Source: Pirellulales bacterium
GTDB taxonomy: Bacteria; Planctomycetota; Planctomycetia; Pirellulales; PALSA-1355
NCBI GenBank assembly: GCA_040877415.1
Contig: JBBDNV010000087.1
Coordinates: 20,884-84,883 of the forward strand
Direction of reading: 5' to 3'
Length of the DNA stretch: 64,000 bases
Part shown: positions 41,216 through 49,770 of the stretch, piece by piece
Layout: each line of letters starts with the position of its first letter
How positions within the stretch are numbered: position 1 is the first letter of the stretch
The notes under the pieces: model-generated
Seen by the model: the letters and a program-made list of their open reading frames with translations, nothing else
What the model was told of the DNA's origin: nothing
The model's database searches: none
Translations under genes and position numbers: made by a program

Positions 41216-42271
41216 TCACTCCCGCCAGGCGGCTTTGTAGCTGCGGCCCAGCGTCATGATGCGGTGCAAGAGGGCGCCGTACTTCAGACCGGCCGCTTCG
41301 CCCGACTCGGCGAAATCTTCGCCGTACGACAAGTTGGGGTTGGGATTGGCTTCCAGCACGTAGGCCCGGCCATCTTCGGCCAGCCGCAGGTCGACGCGAG
41401 CGTAACCGGTCAAAAACAACGCCCGATAGGTGCGAATGCACTGCTTGACAATGGCGTTCTCGGTCCCGTCGGGCAAGGCTTTGGCCGCTTGGGTTTCGAC
41501 GCCGAGCTTTTTCTGATAGTCGTAATCCCACTTTACTTTGGCCGTGGCAATCAAGGGCACTTTGTCGCCGCTCTTGGTAAACAACAGCTCCCAGATCGGA
41601 AACGTCCGCAAGCGCTGGTTCCCCAGGATGGCGACGTACAACTCGCGTCCTTCGATGTATTCCTCCACCAGCGCGTCGGACTGGACGTGCTCGTGGACGA
41701 ACTCAACGCGGTCCTTCAATTTTTCGTCGCTGGTGACGATCGAGGCCTGGGAGATGCCGAGCGAGGCTTCCTCGCTGACGCTTTTGACGACCAACGGGTA
41801 ATTGAGGCGCTTGGTCGGCCTGACGGCGCGCCTGAGCGGGTACACGGCGAACTTGGGCGTCAGAATGCGATGATACGCCAGAATCTGCTTGCACAGCGCC
41901 TTGTCGTGAGCCAACAGCAAGCCGCGCGGGTTGCAGCCCGTATAGGGCTGCCGCAACAGTTCCAGATAGCTGACGACGTGTTGGTCGTAAACGGCGACTC
42001 CGTGGAACTCCTCCAGCAGATTGAAGGCCACGTGGGGCTGCCAATCGTCGACTTCCTTGCGGATTTTTCCCAAATCGTCCGAGACGCCCAGCGGCCGCAC
42101 GTCGTGGCCCATGTCGCGCAGCGTGGTGACCACGTCATACTCGGTTTTCCACTCCTGGATTTCCTTCTCGCTGTAGCCTTCGAGGCTCTCGGGCGGGACA
42201 AGATCTTCGTGCACCAGGACGAGCACGCGCAGTTTTTTGACGTCGCGGCGTCTTATCTTGGCCTTCGTCAC
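41216..42271 (-). CDS. ATP-grasp enzyme (D-alanine-D-alanine ligase-like family)
   Basis: A GTG start at 42271 overlaps the upstream stop (GTGA). LRVLVLVHEDLVPP..., KALCKQIL, EEYIEGRELYVAILGN and VLEANPNPNL are typical of the ATP-grasp fold. Confidence 0.75.
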   Translation of the reverse strand: MTKAKIRRRDVKKLRVLVLVHEDLVPPESLEGYSEKEIQEWKTEYDVVTTLRDMGHDVRPLGVSDDLGKIRKEVDDWQPHVAFNLLEEFHGVAVYDQHVVSYLELLRQPYTGCNPRGLLLAHDKALCKQILAYHRILTPKFAVYPLRRAVRPTKRLNYPLVVKSVSEEASLGISQASIVTSDEKLKDRVEFVHEHVQSDALVEEYIEGRELYVAILGNQRLRTFPIWELLFTKSGDKVPLIATAKVKWDYDYQKKLGVETQAAKALPDGTENAIVKQCIRTYRALFLTGYARVDLRLAEDGRAYVLEANPNPNLSYGEDFAESGEAAGLKYGALLHRIMTLGRSYKAAWRE

Positions 42272-43341
42272 AGCGCCACCCGATGATATCCGCCGTGCAG
42301 GTAGTTCATGGTCTGCACGGTCACCAGCACCAGCGCATCGCGTTGCGCCTGATCGACGGGACGGTTCATCCGCAGGTTCAATTCGCGGCAGCGATCGATC
42401 ATTTCCTCGAGCACCTGATCGATGATGTATTGATACTCGCCCGTCCAATGGGCGACCGTTTTGCGCAGATCAGCTCGATTGCGTCGCAGAAACAAGGCGG
42501 CCGACGGTCCTGCGGCGAATTCGGGCGCGTCGGAGAACAGCCGCCGCAGATGCTGGTCGTATAAGTTCGGGAGATTGATCCCGTATTGGTCGCGTTTCTG
42601 CGCGTAGTGCTCGCCGAGCGTCTTGCGCAGCTTGCGAACCGGGTCGACGTGCTCGCGGGAAACCACCGTCGGTTTCTCGCCGCAAATCTCCTTCATCAGC
42701 TCGGCGACGTAGTCGAGCTTTCTGATAACCGGCCAACCTTCGTAGGCTGAGCGCCAGGGCGAACGCGGCCGCAGCCACACGGCGAAGGTCTCGGCGAAAT
42801 CTTCGGCCGGATGCGCCTGGGCATAAGACGGTTCCAGATGCAGCACGTAATTCTTGCTGTACGGCTTGGGATGGTAATTCTCGGGGTAAGGCTTCGTGTA
42901 GCTGCCAAAAAGCTCGCGATACTTTTTGCGGCGGTGCAGACGATAGGCCGTGTCGAGCGCGTGGCCCGTCTCGTGCCGCAAGATGCGCAGGCACCACTCT
43001 TCCGTGCCTCCTTCCACCTCGAGCATCTGCCGGCGCTCGAGCCGGGCCAGGCGCGGATGCGCCAAATAAAACGGAATCGCGACGCCGGGCACGCCGTCGG
43101 GTGAAAACCACTCTTCGGCCAGCCAGAAATGAGGACGGAAGCGAATGGCCCGGTATTCCAGCTCCTCGAACAGCCGTTCGATCCGCTCGTCGAGCGCGGT
43201 GCCTTCGATCACCAGGCCCAGATCGCACATCCGCCACTTGAGCAGCTCGTCGTCGGGCAAATTCGCCCACGACGGCCCCTTGCTGCTCGGGCGCTCAGGG
43301 CGCTGGTTCTCTACGGCGGCCTTGCGATGGTTCGAGTTCAC
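42268..43341 (-). CDS. Putative zinc-binding metallopeptidase (HExxH)
   Basis: ILRHETGHALD (HExxH) and a later AEDFAETFAVWL. It resembles the putative zinc-binding metallopeptidase family. It is coupled to the ATP-grasp gene. Confidence 0.65.
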   Translation of the reverse strand: MNSNHRKAAVENQRPERPSSKGPSWANLPDDELLKWRMCDLGLVIEGTALDERIERLFEELEYRAIRFRPHFWLAEEWFSPDGVPGVAIPFYLAHPRLARLERRQMLEVEGGTEEWCLRILRHETGHALDTAYRLHRRKKYRELFGSYTKPYPENYHPKPYSKNYVLHLEPSYAQAHPAEDFAETFAVWLRPRSPWRSAYEGWPVIRKLDYVAELMKEICGEKPTVVSREHVDPVRKLRKTLGEHYAQKRDQYGINLPNLYDQHLRRLFSDAPEFAAGPSAALFLRRNRADLRKTVAHWTGEYQYIIDQVLEEMIDRCRELNLRMNRPVDQAQRDALVLVTVQTMNYLHGGYHRVAL

Positions 43342-43804
43342 GATCGGTGTTCAGGCTGTGCCGGGAATGGGGGACGCCCAAAATCCGGCAACTCAAGCTG
43401 GTCGTTGATGCGGCGAATTTCCTATTTCAGCAGCAATCGATCTGCGCTGCAATCCTAGCATGTTCGACGCGCGACGGCAGCGAAATCGGCCCCCCGCCCA
43501 GCGTTGAAATCTCTCGGGTGACCGCGATAACCTCACGAACCCGAGCCGTCACGCCACAGATGGCCAAAACCGGACGAGCCGGTCGGCGCCCGCTGAAACG
43601 TCCCCACCGGATCGGCAGACCTTGGGCACCGGGCCGGCGCTGCCCGAAAACCCACGCGACCGGTGCCGTTTTTGGGGGCCATCGAACATCCGCGGGCTAC
43701 TGGTCGCCGCAAACCTTACGAGGGAAACCCAGGCAGGCAGCGACCGCGGTGGGCAACCTTACGGATTTGTAATTTTCGTCGCCCTTTCTGACGCTTCATA
43801 GAAT

Positions 43805-43819
43805 TGGCAACATACATGC
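43805..43819 (+). promoter_or_regulatory. Possible sigma-54 (-24/-12) promoter element
   Basis: TGGCAACATACATGC has GG and GC at the consensus spacing (TGGCAC-N5-TTGC). It lies 55 nt upstream of ATG 43874. This is a single weak match and no enhancer-binding protein is in the window. Confidence 0.25.
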
Positions 43820-43873
43820 CGTGCGCGGCCATTTTTGCGGCGCGCGACGAGACCATTCAGGAAGCCTGCCGAC

Positions 43874-44569
43874 ATGCAACTGACACTGCCCGACGTAGTT
43901 CGTTTGTTCGGCGTGACGGAGAACACGGTCAGGAACTGGATCAACGACGACAACCTGCCCTGCGAAGTCATCGACGATCGTTATCGCTTCAACCAGGCCG
44001 AGCTGTTGGAGTGGGCGACGATCCGCAAGTTGAACGTCTCGCCGTCGATCTTCGAGGCCGTCAACGGCAACGCGGTTTCCGAAAGTTCGCTGTCGGCGGC
44101 GCTCGAAAGCGGCGGCATTGCCTACCAGGTGAAGGCAACCCACAAACGGGCCCTGCTGCGACGTATCGTCGACGAACTTCCACTGCCCGAAGGCTTCGAC
44201 CGCGACGTTCTCTTGCAATTGTTCCTGGCCCGAGAGGCACTTGGCAGCACGGCCCTGGAAGGGGGCATCGCGGTTCCGCATCCGCGCCGGCCCATCGTGC
44301 TCGATGTCGAGCGGCCCATCGTCCGTCTCTGCTTTTTGGCGGAACCGCTCGACTTTCAGGCTCCCGATGGGAAGCCTGTGAATACACTGTTTGCCATGGT
44401 TGCGCCGACGGTGCATGAGCATCTGCAACTGTTGGCACGGCTAGCGTCGGTTCTCAAGGACCACCAGGTGCGGCGCGTGCTGAGCGAACGAGCTTCCGCA
44501 CAGGAAATTCTCGCGGCAGTCAGCGACGCCGACCACCGACTCGGCGCTCGATCGGTGGAGGCCACTTGA
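43874..44569 (+). CDS. HTH (MerR/excisionase-type) DNA-binding protein fused to a PTS EIIA(Ntr)/PtsN-like domain
   Basis: AGGAAG precedes ATG 43874. The HTH is LTLPDVVRLFGVTENTVRNWINDDNLP. The EIIA_2 region is REALGSTALEGGIAVPHPRRP (phosphorylatable His context) ...NTLFAMVAP...HLQLLARLA. Confidence 0.75.
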   Translation: MQLTLPDVVRLFGVTENTVRNWINDDNLPCEVIDDRYRFNQAELLEWATIRKLNVSPSIFEAVNGNAVSESSLSAALESGGIAYQVKATHKRALLRRIVDELPLPEGFDRDVLLQLFLAREALGSTALEGGIAVPHPRRPIVLDVERPIVRLCFLAEPLDFQAPDGKPVNTLFAMVAPTVHEHLQLLARLASVLKDHQVRRVLSERASAQEILAAVSDADHRLGARSVEAT

Positions 44570-46573
44570 ATGGGGCTTTTTCTTGCCGGCCTGGCCGTCG
44601 TCACGTGCGGTGGATTCGTCGCCCTGGCGCTGGCCCGCGCATCGCGCCTGGCCAATCTATTGGGCGCGGCAAGCACGGCCGCCGGCTGCGCGATGGCGCT
44701 GGTTCCCGTGGTCGCGACGCTCGTTTCGGGGACCACTCCGGCGCCGCTGTCGAGGCCATGGAGCGTTCCTTACGGGTCGCTGTCGCTAGGCATCGACCCT
44801 TTGTCCGCGTGGTTCGCGGCGGCCATTCTGGGATTGTCGGGACTAGCCGCGGTCTACGCGGCCGAGTACCTGCTGCGCTATGCGGACCGCAAGAATCTGG
44901 GGGTTGCGTGGTGGTTCTACAGCTTGCTGGTGACGTCGATGGCGGTCGTTGTCACGGCGCGCAACGGCGTTCTTTTTCTCGTCGCCTGGGAAGTGATGGC
45001 GCTGGCGTCGTATTTCCTGGTGGTCTTCGACGACGAGAAGGCCGAGGTCCGCGATGCCGGACGGATCTATCTGATCGCTTCGCACTTGGGAACGGCATTC
45101 CTGCTGGTCTTCTTTGTGCTGCTGGGGCGACAAGCGGGAACCCTTGATTTCGGGGGCATCGAGGATTGGATCCGCGCGACGGGCGGCTTCGCGCCGGCGA
45201 CCGCGGGACTCTTGTTCGTGCTGGCCATCGTCGGCTTCGGGACGAAGGCCGGATTCATGCCGTTTCACGTCTGGCTTCCCAAGGCGCATCCCGTTGCGCC
45301 AAGCCATGTCTCGGCCGTGATGTCGGGCGTGATGATCAAGACGGGCATCTACGGCCTGGTGCGAACGCTGACACTGCTCGGGGAACCAGCCGCCTGGTGG
45401 GGCTGGTTGCTGATCGGTATCGGCGTCGTTTCGGGCATTATGGGAGTGCTCTACGCCCTGGGACAGCACGACGTGAAGCGACTGCTCGCGTACCACAGCG
45501 TCGAAAACATCGGCATCATCGCCCTCGGCCTGGGCATCGGACTGCTCGGCGTCACGCTGGACGAACCGGCCGCGGCAGCGCTCGGCTTCGGCGGCGCCTT
45601 GCTGCACGTCGTCAATCACGCCTTGTTCAAGGGGCTGCTGTTTTTGGGTGCCGGCGCCATCATTCATAGCACGCACACGGCCGACATCGAGCGACTCGGC
45701 GGGCTGCTGAAGCGAATGCCGGTGGTCGGCGTGACCTTTCTCGCCGGCTGCGTGGCGATTTGCGGACTGCCCCCGCTGAATGGCTTCGTCAGCGAGTTCC
45801 TGATCTACCTGGGCGCTTTCGAAGAAGGGACCCTTGCGGGAGGGGCGGGAGGGATTCCCGCATTGTTCGTCATCGGCAGCCTGGCATTGATCGGCGGCCT
45901 GGCCGTCGCGGCATTCACCAAGGCTTTCGGCGTGATCTTTCTGGGCGAGCCGCGCACCGACGCGGCGCGGAACGCTCATGCTCCCGGACTGTTGATGCAG
46001 GCTCCCCTGGTGATTCTGGCCGCGGGCTGCTTACTGGTGACGTTGGCGGCCGTGCCGATTGTCAAAGCGCTCACGCCGGTGCTAGCCGTTGCCGTCGGCC
46101 AGCCAGCAGGCGTCGTGTCCGAGCAGATGACCGGCGCGGTCGGGTCACTGGCCGCCGTCACGGGAATTGCGATCACCTTGCTTGCCGTCGCATCCGCACT
46201 GGCCCTGCTGCGCGTGTGGCTGCTGTGGGGACGCGACGTTGGCGCCAGCCCAACCTGGGACTGCGGATATGCGCGTCCAACCGCCAGGATGCAATACACG
46301 GCCTCGTCGTTCGCTCAACCGCTCGCCGACTTTTTCTCGGCCGTGCTGCAGACGCGGAAAAGGCTTTCGCCGCCCCGCGGGTTTTTTCCGCTCGAAGCGA
46401 GCCTGGAGACCGAAATTCCGGACGTTGCATTGGAGCGCGGCTATCAGCCGCTGTTTCGCGGCGTGAGCTGGATTCTGTCCTGGCTGAGCTGGATTCAGCA
46501 CGGTCGGGTAAGCGTCTACATTCTGTACATCGCGGTGACGATGGTGGCGTTGCTGGTCTGGTACGTCAGTTAA
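44570..46573 (+). CDS. NuoL/HyfB-like antiporter-type membrane subunit
   Basis: 667 aa and about 16 TM. Proton_antipo_M hallmarks are present (GFGTKAGFMPFHVWLPKAHPVAPSHVSAVMSGVMIKTGIYG, LAYHSVENIG). The ATG directly follows the regulator stop. Confidence 0.85.
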   Translation: MGLFLAGLAVVTCGGFVALALARASRLANLLGAASTAAGCAMALVPVVATLVSGTTPAPLSRPWSVPYGSLSLGIDPLSAWFAAAILGLSGLAAVYAAEYLLRYADRKNLGVAWWFYSLLVTSMAVVVTARNGVLFLVAWEVMALASYFLVVFDDEKAEVRDAGRIYLIASHLGTAFLLVFFVLLGRQAGTLDFGGIEDWIRATGGFAPATAGLLFVLAIVGFGTKAGFMPFHVWLPKAHPVAPSHVSAVMSGVMIKTGIYGLVRTLTLLGEPAAWWGWLLIGIGVVSGIMGVLYALGQHDVKRLLAYHSVENIGIIALGLGIGLLGVTLDEPAAAALGFGGALLHVVNHALFKGLLFLGAGAIIHSTHTADIERLGGLLKRMPVVGVTFLAGCVAICGLPPLNGFVSEFLIYLGAFEEGTLAGGAGGIPALFVIGSLALIGGLAVAAFTKAFGVIFLGEPRTDAARNAHAPGLLMQAPLVILAAGCLLVTLAAVPIVKALTPVLAVAVGQPAGVVSEQMTGAVGSLAAVTGIAITLLAVASALALLRVWLLWGRDVGASPTWDCGYARPTARMQYTASSFAQPLADFFSAVLQTRKRLSPPRGFFPLEASLETEIPDVALERGYQPLFRGVSWILSWLSWIQHGRVSVYILYIAVTMVALLVWYVS

Positions 46574-46576
46574 TCG

Positions 46577-47506
46577 ATGCGGTGGGTTGATATGCGGTTC
46601 GTTCCCTTGATCCTCGCGCTTGCGTTGGCCCCGTTGCTGCGGGGGATTATCAACCGCACCAAGGCACGGTTTGCCGGACGAGCGGGTCCGCCGCTGTTGC
46701 AGGCGTATTACGATCTGTCCAAGCTGTTGAGGAAAGGCGCTGTCTACAGCCATACGACGACCTGGGTCTTTCGCGCCGGGCCGATCGTGTCGTTGTCCGG
46801 CGTGCTGGTCGCCGCCACGCTGCTTCCTTTTGGCAATTGTCCCTCCGCGGTCGCATTTCCCGGCGACCTTGTGGTGTTCGTCTATTTGCTGGCCGTGGGG
46901 CGGTTTTTCACCGTGGCCGCGGCGCTCGACACGGGATCGGCCTTCGAAGGCATGGGAAGCAGCCGCGAGGTGTTCTTTTCGGCTCTGGCCGAACCCTCCT
47001 TGTTGCTTGGCATGGCGGCCGTCGCGCGCGAGTCGATTGGAGGATCGGCGTTTACTTCGCTGTCTGAAATACTGAGCGCCGCCAGTGGGCATCTATGGGT
47101 GAACTTGGGGCTGATCCTCGTTTTCGTCGCCGTTGCGCTGTTCGTCGTGTGCCTTGCCGAGAACGCGCGCATGCCCGTCGATGACCCAACCACGCACCTC
47201 GAGCTGACGATGATCCACGAGGTGATGGTGCTCGATCACGGCGGACCGGACTTCGCGCTAGTCAACTATGCCGCGGCGCTCAAATTGTGGCTCACCGCAG
47301 CGCTCATCGTCGGCATCGTCGTCCCGTCCACGCACCTACTCGTCGTGGACGTCGCGGTTTCGCTGTCCGCGATGGCGTTTTTGGCCGTTTTGATCGGCGC
47401 TGTGGAATCGACGATGGCCCGGCTGCGGATGGTGCGCGTTCAGCAGTTGCTCATTGGCGCAGCTACGCTCACCTTTCTGGCCCTGATCCTGGAGTATCGC
47501 GCGTAA
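46577..47506 (+). CDS. NuoH/HyfC/HycD-like membrane subunit
   Basis: 309 aa polytopic. AGRAGPPLLQAYYDLSKLLRKG, ENARMPVDDPTTHLELTMIHE. Alternative start at 46592. Confidence 0.8.
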   Translation: MRWVDMRFVPLILALALAPLLRGIINRTKARFAGRAGPPLLQAYYDLSKLLRKGAVYSHTTTWVFRAGPIVSLSGVLVAATLLPFGNCPSAVAFPGDLVVFVYLLAVGRFFTVAAALDTGSAFEGMGSSREVFFSALAEPSLLLGMAAVARESIGGSAFTSLSEILSAASGHLWVNLGLILVFVAVALFVVCLAENARMPVDDPTTHLELTMIHEVMVLDHGGPDFALVNYAAALKLWLTAALIVGIVVPSTHLLVVDVAVSLSAMAFLAVLIGAVESTMARLRMVRVQQLLIGAATLTFLALILEYRA

Positions 47507-48150
47507 TGACTTCGCCGTCCGACATCATTCTGGTTCTCGTCATCCTGATCAACCTGCTGCTGCTCGGGACGGGACGACTGCGCTCCTGCATTCGCGCTGT
47601 CGCGGTTCAAGGCGCCGCCATCGGGCTCTTGCCGCTCTTGGTCTCGAGCGCAGGATTCAGCCCGCGGCTGACCCTGGTGGCCGTAGTGAGCGTGGCACTT
47701 AAGGGATTCGTGTTTCCGTGGCTGCTCTTCCGGTCGATGCGCAGCGCCAACGTCCGCCACGAAGTCGATCCTGTGATCGGTTACACGGCGTCGATCCTGG
47801 CGGGCGTCGTGTTGACAGGCGCGTCGTTCTGGATGGCGTCGCGCTTGCAGCTTCCCATCGTGCCGGTTTCCGACCTCGTGCTGCCCGTGGCGCTCTCCAC
47901 GATTCTCTGCGGCTTGCTGCTGATCGTGTCGCGCCGCCAGGCCTTGAGCCAGGTCGTGGGCTACCTGGTGCTGGAGAACGGGATTTACATCTTCGGAACG
48001 GCGCTGGCGCACGAGGAGCCGCTGCTGGTGGAAATGGGGATTTTGCTGGACGTGTTCGTGGCGGTCCTCGTGATGGGAGTCGCCGTGTTCCACATCAGCC
48101 GGGAGTTCGACCACATTGACGTCGATCATCTGGCACGCTTGAAGGATTGA
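47506..48150 (+). CDS. HyfE-like small membrane subunit
   Basis: TAATG overlap with the previous gene. 214 aa and about 7 TM. LENGIYIFGTAL resembles the hydrogenase-4 component E family. Confidence 0.7.
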   Translation: MTSPSDIILVLVILINLLLLGTGRLRSCIRAVAVQGAAIGLLPLLVSSAGFSPRLTLVAVVSVALKGFVFPWLLFRSMRSANVRHEVDPVIGYTASILAGVVLTGASFWMASRLQLPIVPVSDLVLPVALSTILCGLLLIVSRRQALSQVVGYLVLENGIYIFGTALAHEEPLLVEMGILLDVFVAVLVMGVAVFHISREFDHIDVDHLARLKD

Positions 48151-48189
48151 AACGGCTCGAGCCGGCCGCAGGGCCGGGAGACAATCCGC

Positions 48190-49755
48190 GTGATTTTACT
48201 GGCACTGATTCTTGTTCCCACGCTGGCCGGCGGGCTGGCGTTCGCGATGCGCGCAAAGATGTGGCGCCGGACGCTCCTGATCGCCACCGCGCTTGTGCAT
48301 GCGGCCTTGACCGCTTCGCTGTGGATCGATCGGCCCGGGCCGGTGCTGAACCAGTGGCTGGCGGTCGATTCCCTGGGGCTCTTGTTTTTGAGCATTGTGA
48401 GCGGGTTGTTTCTCGCCTCGGCGGTGTACTCGATCGCGTACCTGCGCGAGGAAGAGGCCGCTCGTCACATTGACCGCGAGGAGGGGTTTTTATTCTCCAA
48501 TGAGCCGGAGGCGGTGTTCGTCGGTTGCCTGTTGTTGTTCCTGGCGTCGATGACCATGGTGACGCTGAGTCATCACCTGGGATTGTTGTGGGTCGGCATT
48601 GAGGGAACGACGTTGGCCAGCGCGCCATTGATTTACTTCCACAGGCACCATCGGTCGCTGGAGGCGACGTGGAAGTATATTCTCATCTGTTCCGTCGGCA
48701 TTGCCCTGGCATTGATGGGAAACTTTGTCCTGAGCGTGGCCACGACCAGCCCCGACGGCCGGCACGAGATTCCGTTGATCGTCCATCGGCTGCTCGAGAA
48801 TGCCGGCCGGATCCGCGTGGATTGGCTCAGGGCCGCGTTCCTGTTTTTCCTCGTCGGGTACGGGACAAAGATGGGATTGGCGCCGCTGCACACGTGGCTG
48901 CCCGACGCGCATAGCGAAGCGCCCTCGCCCGTCTCGGCATTGCTCTCCGGAGCCTTGCTGAATTGCGCGTTCCTGGGCATCCTGCGCGTTCACCAGTTGT
49001 GCGTTGCCGCCGGTGAAGCGGCGTTCAGCAGTCCGCTCTTGATCTTGTTCGGCGTGCTCTCGCTGACCGTCGCCGCGGTGTTCATCATGCGGCAAACCGA
49101 CATCAAGCGCATGTTGGCCTACTCGAGCGTCGAGCACATGGGAGTGCAGGTCATCGGCGTCGGGCTGGGAGGAGCCGGCGTGTTCGGCGCCATGCTCCAC
49201 TCCGTCAATCATTCCCTGACCAAGGCGGCGCTGTTCCTTACCGCCGGGAACATCCTGGCGTACTTTGGCAGAAAGCGCGTCGACGAAGTGAGCGGAATGA
49301 ACCGCGCGCTGCCCACGAGCGCCGTGCTGTGGATTGCCGGTTTTCTGGCCATTACCGGGTCGCCGCCGTTCGGCGCGTTTCTGAGCGAGTTTACGATCCT
49401 CAAGGCGGCGCTCGACGGCGAGCGATTCGTCGTCGCGGTGCTGTATCTTGTCATGCTAGCGCTGATCTTCGTCGGCATGGCCAACATCTTTTTGCGCATG
49501 GCGCAAGGGGGCCGGCCCAAGACCAAAGGCCCGGGCGCCCGCGAAACGCCGCTGGCCCTGCTGTCGCCGGTGCTGCTGTTGTCGTGCACGCTCGTGCTCG
49601 GCCTGTACGTGCCTCGACCGCTCGAGAACGTCTGCCGCGACGTGCAATCGTCTCTGGAGACTCCGGCCCGCGCCCGAGCGGCGGCGGAGAAGCCCGAGGC
49701 TCGCACGGTACTTTCCCACTCCACCGTTCGGCCGAATCGCACTCTCAAGAAATAG
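48190..49755 (+). CDS. NuoM/NuoN/HyfF-like antiporter-type membrane subunit
   Basis: GTG start with GGGAG 7 nt upstream. GYGTKMGLAPLHTWLPDAHSEAPSPVSALLSGALLN, LAYSSVEHMG. Confidence 0.8.
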   Translation: MILLALILVPTLAGGLAFAMRAKMWRRTLLIATALVHAALTASLWIDRPGPVLNQWLAVDSLGLLFLSIVSGLFLASAVYSIAYLREEEAARHIDREEGFLFSNEPEAVFVGCLLLFLASMTMVTLSHHLGLLWVGIEGTTLASAPLIYFHRHHRSLEATWKYILICSVGIALALMGNFVLSVATTSPDGRHEIPLIVHRLLENAGRIRVDWLRAAFLFFLVGYGTKMGLAPLHTWLPDAHSEAPSPVSALLSGALLNCAFLGILRVHQLCVAAGEAAFSSPLLILFGVLSLTVAAVFIMRQTDIKRMLAYSSVEHMGVQVIGVGLGGAGVFGAMLHSVNHSLTKAALFLTAGNILAYFGRKRVDEVSGMNRALPTSAVLWIAGFLAITGSPPFGAFLSEFTILKAALDGERFVVAVLYLVMLALIFVGMANIFLRMAQGGRPKTKGPGARETPLALLSPVLLLSCTLVLGLYVPRPLENVCRDVQSSLETPARARAAAEKPEARTVLSHSTVRPNRTLKK

Positions 49756-49770
49756 TCGAGCATTCCTCCG

